Shown one piece after another: positions 63,710 through 64,000 of a stretch of 64,000 bases of DNA (position 1 is its first letter; each line of letters opens with the position of its first letter). Location: contig NC_043001.1 in NCBI RefSeq assembly GCF_006345805.1, forward strand, positions 105,338,001 to 105,402,000, in the 5' to 3' direction. The position numbers were made by a program, and so were the translations under genes. The notes under the pieces are model-generated. The model did no database searches. It was not told where the DNA came from and saw only the letters and a program-made list of their open reading frames with translations. Source of the DNA: Octopus sinensis. Its lineage: Eukaryota.

Positions 63710-64000
63710 CTTCATCATCTTCATCGTAGTCGTCATCGTCATCGTCATCATCATCATCACCACCTCCAACACCACCACTAACATCAGCATCATCATCACC
63801 CCCCACTACCATCATCAACATCATTATCCTCACCACCACCACTACCACCACCACCACCACCACCACCACCAACATAACCATGACCACAACCACAACCACC
63901 ACTACCACCACCAATACCATCACCACCACCACCACCAACATAACCATGACCACAACCACTACCACCACCACTACCACCATCACCACAACCACTACCACTA
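63710..64000 (+). repeat. (CAT)n/(CAC)n trinucleotide low-complexity tract
   Basis: Direct inspection. Confidence 0.95.

Noticed and set aside
63582-63998. Val/Asp-rich 138-aa ORF
   Set aside because: Translation of (CAC)n/(CAT)n repeats

Overview
AT-rich, microsatellite-dense eukaryotic repeat DNA with no convincing host protein-coding gene. The SINE set resembles that of cephalopods (octopus-like); this assignment is inference. The main intact feature is a full-length ~6.6 kb Helitron (46969-53587, minus) with TC/CTAG ends, a 3' hairpin and a 1546-aa Rep-helicase ORF. Also present: a frameshifted IR/DR-type Tc1 element (14359-15974), mariner, R4/Dong, RTE, CR1-group and Penelope-like (PLE) fragments, several tRNA-derived SINE families, Helitron/Helentron non-autonomous elements, pogo-like MITEs and a 3.6 kb complex satellite. 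The main unannotated signal is about ten minimal type-I hammerhead-ribozyme motifs from several unrelated small repeat families. They show compensatory stem I changes and different but palindromic stem III sequences (ACAATTGT, ACGATCGT, ACAGCTGT, ACACGTGT, AACGTT), and several sit in fold-back structures next to (TA)n. One family occurs twice as a tRNA head + (AAT)n + hammerhead-type tail, a candidate Penelope-dependent ribozyme SINE. All motifs and coordinates were read by eye, with no database search or folding computation.
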